A DNA stretch of 47,468 nucleotides from Clostridiales bacterium UBA1248 (lineage in GTDB: Bacteria; Bacillota; Clostridia; Oscillospirales; CAG-272): the NCBI GenBank assembly GCA_002308615.1, contig DBWC01000047.1:1-47468 (forward strand), written 5' to 3'. Shown here piece after piece: positions 35,911 to 45,445 of this stretch. Each line of letters begins with the position of its first letter. Position 1 is the first letter of the stretch. A model generated the notes under the pieces. That model was not told the origin of the DNA. It did not search any database and saw nothing but the letters and a program-made list of their open reading frames with translations. A program made the translations under genes and the position numbers.

Positions 35911-37371
35911 ATGCAAAAGAAGCTTACTTTGCTGCACAGTAACGACATACACGGCGATTTTCTGCCGAAAAAGGACGAGGGCGGAAAAGAAACAGGGGGG
36001 CTTGCCCTGCTTTCCGGCTACGTCAAAAAGACGCGCGCGGAAGAGGAAAACGTGATCTTTGCAAACGCGGGAGATATGTTCCGCGGCTCCGTTATAGACT
36101 CCGAATTTATGGGGCTGTCTACGATAGAGCTAATGAACGCGTTAGCGCCCGACGTGACGACGGTCGGCAACCACGAGATAGACTACGGGCTTGCGCATCT
36201 TTTGTTCCTTGAAAAATGCGCCAAATTCCCCATTATAAACGCGGATCTTTATATAACGCTCAACAACGCCAGACTTTTCAAGCCTTATATGAACATAGAA
36301 GTCGGCGGTATGCGGATCATGTTCATAGGACTTCTGACGGAGGAGGTCATAAGCTCCGCGAAAAGCGAAAAGGTCATAGGAACGTATATAGACGTGGAAA
36401 ACGCGGCGAAGGAAGTGGGCATAATAGCCGACAACTACCGCACAAAAGACACGGATATGCTCGTGCTGTTGACGCACATAGGCATAGAAAAGGACCGCGA
36501 GCTCGCTTCCCTGCTCGATCCCGACTGGGGCGTCGATATCATAATCGGCGGTCATTCCCACACGTTTATGGATGAGCCGGAGATCATAAACGGCATACCG
36601 ATAGTCCAGGCGGGAACGGGCTCCGGTCAGATAGGACGCTTTGACATCGTCTACGATGACGAGGAAAAGCGCATAGTGAGCTGTGACTGGCACCTGCAGC
36701 CGATAAACGAGGACACGGCGGAGCCGGATCCGATATCGCAGGCTCTGCTTTCACGCTACAAATCGCAGACGGACGCAAAATATCACCGTCTCGTAACGTC
36801 GTTTGCGCGCGAGCTGACTCACCCGACGCGCATACAGGAAACGGAGATGGGAAACCTGTACTCGGATCTTTTACAGGAGGATTCGAGCTTCGATATAATG
36901 ATGATGGGCTCCGGCGCCATACGCAAAAAAGCCATGGGTCCGGTCGTCGAATATCAGGATATGGTGGAAAACACGCCGTTTGACGATCAGCTTTTCATGC
37001 TGAAGGTAACGGGAGACGAATTCAGACGGATGATACAATACGTTATGCGCGACGACGCGTGGGAAGGCCATACGGAGTTCTACCAGTATTCCAGAGGCGT
37101 CCGCATCGTCTACCGCAAAAGCACTCGCACGCTGCAGGAGCTGTCGTTTCGCGGCAAAGAGATACAGGACGGCGACGAGCTTCTTATCGCCATGCAGACG
37201 TACCACTATAACAACTTTGAGGAATTTTTCAACGTGCCTATAGAACCGATAAAGGAGCGTATGCGTCCGCGCGTCGTCGCGACGTCGGTCAACAACATAA
37301 TCGAAGAATATTTCTCCACGCACCAGGGTCTCGACGCGCACGTTGAGGGAAGGATAGTCATACTTGACTGA
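35911..37371 (+). CDS. Bifunctional metallophosphatase / 5'-nucleotidase
   Basis: LLHSNDIHGD, GDMFRGS, GNHEIDYG and GGHSH, plus a C-terminal nucleotidase domain. Confidence 0.9.
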   Translation: MQKKLTLLHSNDIHGDFLPKKDEGGKETGGLALLSGYVKKTRAEEENVIFANAGDMFRGSVIDSEFMGLSTIELMNALAPDVTTVGNHEIDYGLAHLLFLEKCAKFPIINADLYITLNNARLFKPYMNIEVGGMRIMFIGLLTEEVISSAKSEKVIGTYIDVENAAKEVGIIADNYRTKDTDMLVLLTHIGIEKDRELASLLDPDWGVDIIIGGHSHTFMDEPEIINGIPIVQAGTGSGQIGRFDIVYDDEEKRIVSCDWHLQPINEDTAEPDPISQALLSRYKSQTDAKYHRLVTSFARELTHPTRIQETEMGNLYSDLLQEDSSFDIMMMGSGAIRKKAMGPVVEYQDMVENTPFDDQLFMLKVTGDEFRRMIQYVMRDDAWEGHTEFYQYSRGVRIVYRKSTRTLQELSFRGKEIQDGDELLIAMQTYHYNNFEEFFNVPIEPIKERMRPRVVATSVNNIIEEYFSTHQGLDAHVEGRIVILD

Positions 37372-37391
37372 AGAAAAAATCCGGTAAAGCA

Positions 37392-37428
37392 GAAAATCGG
37401 CCCGGAATGATTCCGAGCCGGTTTTATT
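37392..37428. terminator. Bidirectional terminator between convergent genes
   Basis: AAAATCGGCCCGGAAT-ga-TTCCGAGCCGGTTTT. Confidence 0.55.
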
Positions 37429-37438
37429 ATTATTTTAC

Positions 37439-38005
37439 CTATTCCAAAACCACCGTTTTCGCCCATTCTCTGAGCTGCGGGAGATTATCTTCAAATCCTT
37501 CTTCAAGCGTTGTAAACCATACGACGTACACGAGATTTTTGTTCTCAAACAGAAACACCGCGCTTGAATATACGCAGTCGTCCGCGTCTTCCTTGCAGGT
37601 GAAATACGATAGACCTTCCGTATTATAGCTTTTGACGTCCCTCAGCTTGAAATGATCGCTGTAAAAATCCTTTGCCCCGTCCATCGTCACCGCGTCCTGC
37701 GGATCGGTTATAAAAAGCTCGCATGAGCAGAATTCGCCGCCCAGGAACACATAGTAATCCGTGTGCGTCTCATCCTCGATATCGAATTTATTCGTCAGCG
37801 TTATGCTCAAGCCCTCGATACCGTACGTTTTCGGACGCTCCATGTTCAGGATGCCCGCGGCTAAAGCGGCGACGATCAGAGAGGCGACGGCGACGATAAG
37901 GATAATGAACCGCGTCTCAATGTGTTTTTCCTTTTTCTCATTGAGCCTGCCGTCCATATCGACTTTTTCGTTGTAATCCATTTCCTTCCCGTCATTGTTG
38001 TTCAC
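37439..38005 (-). CDS. Membrane-anchored protein, paralog B (188 aa)
   Basis: GTG start with a GGAGG RBS, one TM helix, and an extracytoplasmic domain homologous to that of 38046..38933. Confidence 0.75.
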   Translation of the reverse strand: MNNNDGKEMDYNEKVDMDGRLNEKKEKHIETRFIILIVAVASLIVAALAAGILNMERPKTYGIEGLSITLTNKFDIEDETHTDYYVFLGGEFCSCELFITDPQDAVTMDGAKDFYSDHFKLRDVKSYNTEGLSYFTCKEDADDCVYSSAVFLFENKNLVYVVWFTTLEEGFEDNLPQLREWAKTVVLE

Positions 38006-38045
38006 TTCGTTTCCTCCGGATATAAGCCGCTGCCGGTTTTTTAAT

Positions 38046-38933
38046 TTAATCGAATTTTACCGATTTTATCCATTCAAGCCGGGTCTTTTCTCTTTTCGCC
38101 ATCGTATCGGGGTCGCCGACTATTTCAATAATATAAAAGCAGTCTTTGTTCTTTAAGATATAGAAATCGCTTTGCAGTACGATCTGTTCGCCTTTATACT
38201 CGGAAGTATACTTATGGCTGAAGCGGACGACGCCGTCCTCCGTAAAGCCGACCTCCGAATCGTCAAGCGAGTTTACGAGTATAAGAAGCTCCGCGTAACG
38301 CTGCGCCGTGGTATCAAGCGAAAGATATTCCTCGTTGATCTTTTCGTAAGACAATATAACCGCCTCCTGCGTTGAATATACGCGGCGGCGCCCGTCCGAC
38401 GTATCGTCGACTCTGAATTTATCCGTCAACGTTATGCTCATGTCGCCGTAGGTGTAGACCTTTGGCTGTTCGCGGTTCAAAAAGCCTCTTAACGCCGCGA
38501 ATCCGATTACTACTCCAAGCGTTACCATAACGGATACTATAGATATGATAACGGCGGATTTGGGACGGTTTGCCCGGCTTTTGCGGCGGAACTCCTCCGC
38601 TTCTTCACCGCCGTTGTCGTCGAATATAAACGGGTTGCCCTGAAACGGGCGGAGTACGTTATGCCCGGAGAGCGTTACCGGCGCGGCCGAAGCGGGAAGA
38701 CGGTATCTGTCAACGCAGAAGCTTTTGCTCAGCTCGTCTGCGATAACATATAAAGAGCACTCTTCCTCTGTTATCTCAAACGTTTTCTCCTCGCCGTTTT
38801 TCAGCGTTCCGAGCATACGGCAGTTTTCGCCGTTTATCACGCTGTCGCATACCTCGCCGTCGGTTACGTAAAGCCTTATGCTCATCGCGCAGGCGGTCAG
38901 TTTTTTCGTTCGCTTAAGCGTAAGCTGTCTCAT
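38046..38933 (-). CDS. Membrane-anchored protein, paralog A (295 aa)
   Basis: The ATG overlaps the ABC-F stop (ATGA). It has a cytoplasmic N-domain, one TM helix, and a C-terminal domain sharing PK-Y...SITLT(N/D)KF and a ...(R/L)EW(A/I)K(T/S)V C-terminus with the 188-aa protein. Confidence 0.75.
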   Translation of the reverse strand: MRQLTLKRTKKLTACAMSIRLYVTDGEVCDSVINGENCRMLGTLKNGEEKTFEITEEECSLYVIADELSKSFCVDRYRLPASAAPVTLSGHNVLRPFQGNPFIFDDNGGEEAEEFRRKSRANRPKSAVIISIVSVMVTLGVVIGFAALRGFLNREQPKVYTYGDMSITLTDKFRVDDTSDGRRRVYSTQEAVILSYEKINEEYLSLDTTAQRYAELLILVNSLDDSEVGFTEDGVVRFSHKYTSEYKGEQIVLQSDFYILKNKDCFYIIEIVGDPDTMAKREKTRLEWIKSVKFD

Positions 38934-40516
38934 TTCGTTTCCTCTAAATATTCGTCGTAGGTGGTCAGCTTGTCGTAGAAGCTGCCGGGCGTTACGTCGA
39001 TTATCCTGTTCGCGACGGTCTGGTTCAGCTGATGGTCGCGTGAGCAGAAAAGTATGGATTCCGGGAATTTGGTCATGCCGTTATTCAGTGCCGTTATGGA
39101 TTCAAGATCCAGGTGGTTCGTCGGCTCGTCCATTATGAGCACGTTGCCGCCCGAAAGCATCATACGGCAAAGCATACAGCGGACCTTTTCGCCGCCGGAG
39201 AGGACCTTTGCCTGTTTGAGCGCCTCGTCGCCGGAGAAAAGCAGCTTGCCGAGCCAGCCGCGCACGTCGGATTCGTAAGTCAGAGTCGAGCAGGCGCGTA
39301 TCCAGTCAACGAGGTTTTCCTCGTGACCGTCAAAATATTCGGAGTTGTCCTGCGGCATATACGCGACCTTCGTCGTGACGCCCCATTTATACGAGCCGGA
39401 ATCCGGCTCCATTTCGCCGGATAAGATCTTGAACAGCGTAGTTCTCGCTATCGGGTCTTCGCCCACGAACGCGACCTTGTCGCGCGGACGCAGTATAAAG
39501 CTGACGTGGTCGAGTACGACTCTGCCGCCTATGCTCTTGCAGAGGTCCTTTACTTCAAGCAGGTCGTTTCCTATGGAACGCGACGGCTCAAAGCTGATGA
39601 ACGGGAAGCGGCGCGACGATACGGGCATATCGAACAGGTTGATCGATTCAAGCAGTTTCTTTCTTGACGTTGCCTGTTTTGACTTCGACGCGTTTGCGGA
39701 GAAGCGCTGGATGAATTCCTGCAGTTCCTTCGCCTTCTGCTCGTTCTTCTTGTTCTGCTCTCTCATCTGGCGCTGACGTATCTGCGTGTATTCAAACCAG
39801 AAATCGTAGTTGCCTACGGTCATCGTTATCTTACCGAAATCAACGTCGACTATATGCGTGCAGACGTTGTTTAAAAAGTGTCTGTCGTGCGATACGACTA
39901 TGACCGTGCTGTCAAGCTCGGCTAAAAAATCCTCAAGCCAGTTGACCGTCACCAGATCAAGACCGTTCGTCGGCTCGTCCATCAGAAGTATATCGGGATT
40001 GCCGAAAAGCGCCTGCGCCAAAAGCACTTTCACTTTCTGCGAATCAGTAAGCTCAGACATGACAGTATAGTGATATTCGTCGGTTATACCGAGGTCGTTC
40101 AACAGTATTTCCGCGTCGGATTCGGAGGTATAACCGCCGAGCTCGGCGTATTTTTCCTCAAGCTCGCCGGCTCTTACGCCGTCCTCCTCCGTCATTTCCT
40201 CTTTTGAATAAAGCGCGTCGCGCTCGTCGGCTATTTTTACGAGCTCCGGATTGCCGAGCAGCACCGTGCGCAGAGCCGTGCAGTCGTTATAAGCGTAGTG
40301 GTCCTGTTTCAGCACCGACAGACGCTCGTTAGGCGTTTTATAAACCTCGCCTTTAGTCGGCTCAAGCTCGCCTGAAAGGATCCTTAAATACGTTGATTTT
40401 CCCGCGCCGTTCGCGCCTATTACGCCGTAGCAGTTGCCGCGCGTGAACTGCAGATCGGCTCCTGCGAAAAGCGTGCGCCCGCCGAACTGAAGCGATACGT
40501 TGTTTGTTCCTATCAT
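38930..40516 (-). CDS. ABC-F family ATPase (YbiT-like)
   Basis: Two NBDs with no TM domain. NBD1 has Walker A GANGAGKS and Walker B ILLMDEPTN; NBD2 has signature LSGGEK and Walker B VLIMDEPTNHLD. The inter-domain linker contains RFSANASKSKQATSR. Confidence 0.95.
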   Translation of the reverse strand: MIGTNNVSLQFGGRTLFAGADLQFTRGNCYGVIGANGAGKSTYLRILSGELEPTKGEVYKTPNERLSVLKQDHYAYNDCTALRTVLLGNPELVKIADERDALYSKEEMTEEDGVRAGELEEKYAELGGYTSESDAEILLNDLGITDEYHYTVMSELTDSQKVKVLLAQALFGNPDILLMDEPTNGLDLVTVNWLEDFLAELDSTVIVVSHDRHFLNNVCTHIVDVDFGKITMTVGNYDFWFEYTQIRQRQMREQNKKNEQKAKELQEFIQRFSANASKSKQATSRKKLLESINLFDMPVSSRRFPFISFEPSRSIGNDLLEVKDLCKSIGGRVVLDHVSFILRPRDKVAFVGEDPIARTTLFKILSGEMEPDSGSYKWGVTTKVAYMPQDNSEYFDGHEENLVDWIRACSTLTYESDVRGWLGKLLFSGDEALKQAKVLSGGEKVRCMLCRMMLSGGNVLIMDEPTNHLDLESITALNNGMTKFPESILFCSRDHQLNQTVANRIIDVTPGSFYDKLTTYDEYLEETK

Positions 40517-40548
40517 TTTCTTTTATCCTTTACGGTTTTATTAAGGTT

Positions 40549-40577
40549 ATAATATCACAATCTCGGTTATAAGTCAA
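40549..40577 (-). promoter_or_regulatory. sigma70-type promoter (extended -10) of the ABC-F operon
   Basis: Minus strand TTGACT (40572-40577), 17 nt ending in TGA, TATTAT (40549-40554). Confidence 0.5.
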
Positions 40578-40624
40578 TAGAATTAAAAAGAATATTGTCA
40601 AACGCCGAAGCGTCGGTCCTGCGC

Positions 40625-41503
40625 TCAGAATATCCCAGGCGTGATCTCAAATCCCGCCGTGTAAGTTTTGCCGGGCTCAAGGCTTATAAGATCCTTTTGC
40701 TTTTCTATGTCCGTTATCTCGTTTTCTTTTGCAGGAAGCGACGACCACGGCTCGATGCATAAAAACGGCGCCTCGCTTTTGGTCGTGTGCCATAAGCCGA
40801 GATACGGAAAATCGCCGAAAGACGCTTTAACGCCGTACCCGCCGGTTTTAGGGCGAAGCGTGACGTAGCCGCCGCAGTTCTTCAAAACGACAGCGTCCGA
40901 ATCGAACAGCGAATGCTTAAGGTCTATGCGTCCGTCTGTCAGTTCGAACGGTTCAAACGCGCCCTTGAAAAAGCAGTCGTCGCTGAAAAGCGCTCTTTGC
41001 GGCGTCACGCCTTTATCAAAGTAAACCGCGTAATCTTCAAACGACAACCCGTCTGTAAGCGGCACGTTGAAGCCCGGATGACCGCCTATGCCGAAATACA
41101 TCGCGCGGCCGTCGTTGTTTTTGACGGTGTATACGACCTTGACCGTATCGCCGCGTATCTCAAACTTTACCGCGTACGCAAATTCAAAAGGATACGAGCC
41201 GTCCTTCAGATCGGCTTTTTTAAACGAAAAAGTTAAGGACGAACCGGTCGGACCGTCAAGCGAAAGTTCGTTGTATTTTATGAATCCGTGTATGGGCAGG
41301 CTGTATTTTCTGCCGCCGTAATAATACGTTTTCTCCCACAGACGGGCAACGTACGGAAAGATATTCGGGGCGCGGTCGCGCCAGAACGGAGCGGTTCCCT
41401 GCCAGAGGAATTCCCTGCCTTTGTATTTAAGCGACTGCAGCTCCGCGCCGTATGAAGATACGGAAATTTCAATATCGCCGCTTTTTATGATATGGATACT
41501 CAT
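40625..41503 (-). CDS. Aldose 1-epimerase family protein
   Basis: 292 aa with YGAELQSLKY.GREFLW, PIHGF, GGHPGF and EPW. Confidence 0.9.
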   Translation of the reverse strand: MSIHIIKSGDIEISVSSYGAELQSLKYKGREFLWQGTAPFWRDRAPNIFPYVARLWEKTYYYGGRKYSLPIHGFIKYNELSLDGPTGSSLTFSFKKADLKDGSYPFEFAYAVKFEIRGDTVKVVYTVKNNDGRAMYFGIGGHPGFNVPLTDGLSFEDYAVYFDKGVTPQRALFSDDCFFKGAFEPFELTDGRIDLKHSLFDSDAVVLKNCGGYVTLRPKTGGYGVKASFGDFPYLGLWHTTKSEAPFLCIEPWSSLPAKENEITDIEKQKDLISLEPGKTYTAGFEITPGIF

Positions 41504-41647
41504 ATTTTTAAGCCTTTTCGGGTTTTTTCATTTCTTTTGTCCGCGACCCGCCTATGTCTCCGTCTGCTCATACAAGAACGCGGGCAGCGGGAAACGGGCG
41601 GGTCGTGTATTTATTATCGGGTCAAAACCGGTTATACGTATATTCTC

Positions 41648-42421
41648 TTATTTTGCCGGAGGGACTGCACCGCAAAGCGCTATCGCCGGAGCGGGAAGCG
41701 TTGTTTCGTTTACGTTGGCGTTTCCGGAAACGCTTACGATAGCGTCGCCTTCGTCGGCGGAGCCGAGTACGAAGTAAGATCCTTCAACAAAAATGAAGCT
41801 TATCGTGTAAGTACCCTTCTGATACGCTTTGCTGAAGTTTACCTGAACAAAGCCGTTGGCGTCGTTTTCATGGTCGCCTATAATCTCGATCTTTTGCGAT
41901 TCAAGCTCGTCGCCGTTGTCGTCAAGCAGGCTTACCGTAAGCGTTGCGGAAGGCTCGACACCGGCGTAGCAAGCCATTACGAAACCGTCAAACGCGTTGG
42001 GGGTGATGAAGTTTGCGTCTATGCTCCATTCGGGAACGTTGGGATTGATAACGGGACCCATCCACCAGCCCGTCGGGAACCAGTTGCCGGCTTCGCAAAG
42101 CCACGTGTCGGGATCTTTTTCGCCGGAAGGCGCCGCGGTCTCGGTCTCCGTCGCGGCTTCCGTCGCGGCCTCGGTCTCCGTCGCGGCTTCAGTTTCGGTT
42201 TCCGCTTCCGTCACAGCTTCCGTTTCGGTTTCTGTCACGGTTTCCTTTTCGGTCGCAGCTTCCGTTTCGGTTTCTGTCACGGTTTCCGTCTCAGAAACGG
42301 TATCTGATTCGGCAGCGGAAACGCTTTGAACTTCCGTTTCAGTCTCGGCGTTGTTTCCACCGCAGGAAACAAGTAATACGGACAGAGTGAAGATCAGTAT
42401 AAAGACTATTGCTTTTTTCAT
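41648..42421 (-). CDS. Lipoprotein with a long (T/E/A)n linker and an unknown C-terminal domain
   Basis: The ATG at 42419-42421 with a GGAGGAAAAC RBS (MKKAIVFILIFTLSVLLVSCGG) is preferred to the track start at 42517. An ~80-aa TETE-type low-complexity tract is present. Confidence 0.8.
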   Translation of the reverse strand: MKKAIVFILIFTLSVLLVSCGGNNAETETEVQSVSAAESDTVSETETVTETETEAATEKETVTETETEAVTEAETETEAATETEAATEAATETETAAPSGEKDPDTWLCEAGNWFPTGWWMGPVINPNVPEWSIDANFITPNAFDGFVMACYAGVEPSATLTVSLLDDNGDELESQKIEIIGDHENDANGFVQVNFSKAYQKGTYTISFIFVEGSYFVLGSADEGDAIVSVSGNANVNETTLPAPAIALCGAVPPAK

Positions 42422-42555
42422 TGTTTTCCTCCAAATAATAATTTTGTCCATTATATCATATACAGCGTTTTTTGTCAACTTGTCAGCCGAACATTTTGGT
42501 TTTGTATGTATAATCAAAGATCCGGGCTGGCTCTTGACAGCCGGAAAAGCCGTTT

Positions 42556-43755
42556 TTATTTCGTCAGCGCTTTTTTGCGCCGGCCTGCCGTTTCGGTGAT
42601 CTCACCCGCGCCTTTGAGAGTAAGCTTTGTTATTACCGGACCGACGAGCTCGTATATGAGCGTCGCGCAGAGTACGACCGCGCGTATCTGTTCGGCGTAC
42701 GCCGGCGCCGCGGTCTGCGCAACGAGCGTAAGACCGATAGCAACGCCCGCCTGCGGCACGAGCGCCGGACCTAAAAATCTGCGCACGGTCTTAGGCGCTC
42801 TCATTATCACCGCGCCGAGCCACGCGCCGCCTATCTTGCCGGCAACTCTTGCAAGCACGTAGATAACGCCTATAACTCCTATCTGCGGCAAGATCGTTAT
42901 ATTCAGCGCCGCGCCGCTCGTCGCAAAGAACAGAAGATACAAAGCTGGCGTTACGCCGTCAGCGACGGAGAGTATGCTGTCCGATTCGCTTGACACGTTG
43001 CAGAACACCGCGCCGCACGCCATACACGCCAAAAGCGACGACCAGCCGAGCAGATTTGCGATACCCGCGCACGCGAAAACTATGCCTACCGTGATTATCT
43101 GTCTGTTGCTCGCTTTTTTAAAGAATCTAAGCGGCAGCTTGAATATAACTCCGCAAGCCGCGCCTAAAATCAGCGCGCCGAAGATCTCTATAAGCGGCAT
43201 ATAGATCGTTTTTGCCTCGAATTTCCCGCCGCCGATGACGGAGGCTATCGCAACGCAGACGGAGAAAGCCGTGAGCGCCACCGCGTCGTCAAGCGCGACG
43301 ACGGAGACAAGCGTGTCCGTGACCGGGCCTTTCGCTCCGTACTGCTTTATGACCATGAGCGTCGCCGCCGGAGCCGTTGCCGCGGCTATCGCGCCTAAAA
43401 TAACCGCTAACTGCGGATCGGTACCGATCGCCAAAAGCACGCCCTGAACGGCAAAAACCGCGAAAAGCGACTCGAATATCGCGATAATGACCGGCGTCAT
43501 GCCTACTTTTTTCAAATACGAACGCTTGAAGCCGCAGCCGATAGTGAACGCTATGAAAGCGAGCGCCATATCCGATATGACGCTGAAATCGTTTATAACG
43601 TCAAGTGGGATTACTTTTGTAACGTACGGACCGAGCACGAGACCCGCTATCAGATACCCCGTGACGTTCGGAAGCTTTATCAGCTTTACGAGCCTGCCGC
43701 AGAGCAGACCCGCGATAAGTAAAATACCTAAATATAATAAAGAATTGAGCTGCAA
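42556..43755 (-). CDS. Cation:proton antiporter (CPA2 / Kef-type Na+/H+ exchanger family)
   Basis: 399 aa, polytopic, with N-terminal LPNVTGYLIAGLVLGP. TTG start with an AAGGAAG RBS. Confidence 0.9.
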   Translation of the reverse strand: MQLNSLLYLGILLIAGLLCGRLVKLIKLPNVTGYLIAGLVLGPYVTKVIPLDVINDFSVISDMALAFIAFTIGCGFKRSYLKKVGMTPVIIAIFESLFAVFAVQGVLLAIGTDPQLAVILGAIAAATAPAATLMVIKQYGAKGPVTDTLVSVVALDDAVALTAFSVCVAIASVIGGGKFEAKTIYMPLIEIFGALILGAACGVIFKLPLRFFKKASNRQIITVGIVFACAGIANLLGWSSLLACMACGAVFCNVSSESDSILSVADGVTPALYLLFFATSGAALNITILPQIGVIGVIYVLARVAGKIGGAWLGAVIMRAPKTVRRFLGPALVPQAGVAIGLTLVAQTAAPAYAEQIRAVVLCATLIYELVGPVITKLTLKGAGEITETAGRRKKALTK

Positions 43756-43770
43756 CGGTATCGCTTCCTT

Positions 43771-44118
43771 TCATTCGCCGTGAGAGATCCCCTCGATATA
43801 AAGCAGGGGAACGGAGAACATAATCGCGCTGTCAGGCTTGTCAAGATCGCCGACGATCTTACGCACCGCGTCTTTCGCTTTCTCCGCCATCTCGTCGGAG
43901 CAGACTATGAATATGGTTTTCGATTCTGAATGACTGACGTCAAAAAACGCGCGGAAGCTGCTTATGAAATGACTCTCCTCTTTTTCCGCCAGCGCGTGCG
44001 CCATACCGACGGAGCTTACGACCGTCGCGCCGCTTACGCCGACAGCTTCAAATTCGTCCAACAGCTTATCAAGAAGCTCTATTTTGTTCAAAACGGTGAC
44101 TAAAACCTGATTATACAT
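43771..44118 (-). CDS. P-II-like small regulatory protein
   Basis: ~115 aa with VLVTVLN...LDEFEAVGVSGATVV, a beta-alpha-beta pattern like the P-II/ferredoxin fold. It lies directly upstream of the antiporter. The ATG at 44118, 9 nt after AAGGAGG, is preferred. Confidence 0.6.
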   Translation of the reverse strand: MYNQVLVTVLNKIELLDKLLDEFEAVGVSGATVVSSVGMAHALAEKEESHFISSFRAFFDVSHSESKTIFIVCSDEMAEKAKDAVRKIVGDLDKPDSAIMFSVPLLYIEGISHGE

Positions 44119-44290
44119 ACGCAAGGTCCTCCTTTTTCTTATATTTTATCACTTATCAGACGTTATTTCAACAGTTATTTTAAACAAATATGGGTTAATA
44201 TTAAAAATAAAATCCGGTCAATCGCAGGGGCGATCATCTATCGCCCGCTTTTTTATCCGCACAAAAAAGCCATTATTTACTTTATTTTTA

Positions 44291-44319
44291 TTGACTTATA
44301 CTTTATATTCTGCTATACT
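44291..44319 (+). promoter_or_regulatory. sigma70-type promoter of the 44343 lipoprotein gene
   Basis: TTGACT (44291-44296), 17 nt, TATACT (44314-44319). Confidence 0.55.
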
Positions 44320-44342
44320 TATTCAAACGGAGGTAGTAAACC

Positions 44343-45431
44343 TTGAAAAAATATCTTTGCATAATACTCGCCTTGCTTGCTCTGACGCTTTGCGCATGCG
44401 GGCAGGCGGAAAATACCGTCCGCGTATACGATACGCAGGGACAGATACCGTCTCATATGAGCCGGCTTTATCCTGATTTGAAGGACGATACAAGATACGC
44501 CGTACTTCTGCGCCGGTACGACGAATCCGATACGGCAGTTGCCGTGGCGGACAAGCCGGACGGCGAGCTTACGACGGTTTATTCTTTACCGGACGGTGTT
44601 CTGACGTACGAGATCACGGCGGGCGACGGGCTTATAGCGTTTTACGAGCTTACGACGTACAGCGACGGCAGCGTCAGTTACGCTTTAAAGATAATAGACA
44701 CGAAAAACAACAATAAAGTCCATTCGCCTTACAAAAAGACCGTTTCCGAGGATACCGAGATACAGACGCGCTTTATCGTTATTTTCGATGACTGCGTTTA
44801 TTATCTTACAAAATCAAATCTTCTCGGCAGATGCCGCGTTATGAAATATTCCGTAAAGAACAAAGAGCTTACCGAATATCAAAGCTATGATTTTACGGAA
44901 AACGATATGACCGGCGGAAGCTCCTGCACGTTCATCTCGGAGCGCTCCGGTTATCTTACCTGCGGCGTGGTGGACGGCAACAGAACGACGCTTAAAACGT
45001 ACGACCTGACGACGAACGAGCTCGTCCGCGAAAAGCCGCTTCCGTACGGTGCGGCGCTCGTATATATGGCGGACCACGATTACGGCACAGGTCTTTACGC
45101 GATGTACTACATATCCGCGCAGGGCGACGAGCGCGTGGCGGTATTCGCATATTCCGACAGCGATGTGCGCGACGTTGTGACGCTCGACGAAGACTCGTAT
45201 ATAAGCCGCGAGGAGGTGCGCATCGCAAACGACACCGTATACTTCGGACTTCAGGATACGTCAAAGGAAACGCCATACGCTCAGTTTACCGGCGTGACGG
45301 TAAACGCCGTGACCGAGGAAACGAATAAATACGACGGCTGCCTTCTGCTTTTCATACAGGACGGCGGGATGTACGGACTTTGCTTTGATCAAAAACAGCC
45401 GTACGAAAAAATGATCTTAAAGAAATACTGA
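44343..45431 (+). CDS. Lipoprotein of unknown function (362 aa)
   Basis: TTG start after GGAGG. Signal peptide plus lipobox LTLCACG. The body looks beta-rich (possibly a propeller). Confidence 0.8.
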   Translation: MKKYLCIILALLALTLCACGQAENTVRVYDTQGQIPSHMSRLYPDLKDDTRYAVLLRRYDESDTAVAVADKPDGELTTVYSLPDGVLTYEITAGDGLIAFYELTTYSDGSVSYALKIIDTKNNNKVHSPYKKTVSEDTEIQTRFIVIFDDCVYYLTKSNLLGRCRVMKYSVKNKELTEYQSYDFTENDMTGGSSCTFISERSGYLTCGVVDGNRTTLKTYDLTTNELVREKPLPYGAALVYMADHDYGTGLYAMYYISAQGDERVAVFAYSDSDVRDVVTLDEDSYISREEVRIANDTVYFGLQDTSKETPYAQFTGVTVNAVTEETNKYDGCLLLFIQDGGMYGLCFDQKQPYEKMILKKY

Positions 45432-45445
45432 AAAGGAGCGAAAAA

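Noticed and set aside
44221-44254. Plus-strand hairpin GGGCGAT-catct-ATCGCCC followed by GCTTTTTT, with an alternative ATCGC/GCGAT pairing, in the divergent promoter region. It was considered as a tiny sRNA terminator or attenuator.
   Set aside because: It lies upstream of the predicted promoter of the 44343 gene. I could find no convincing promoter feeding it. A 7-bp stem alone is weak evidence.
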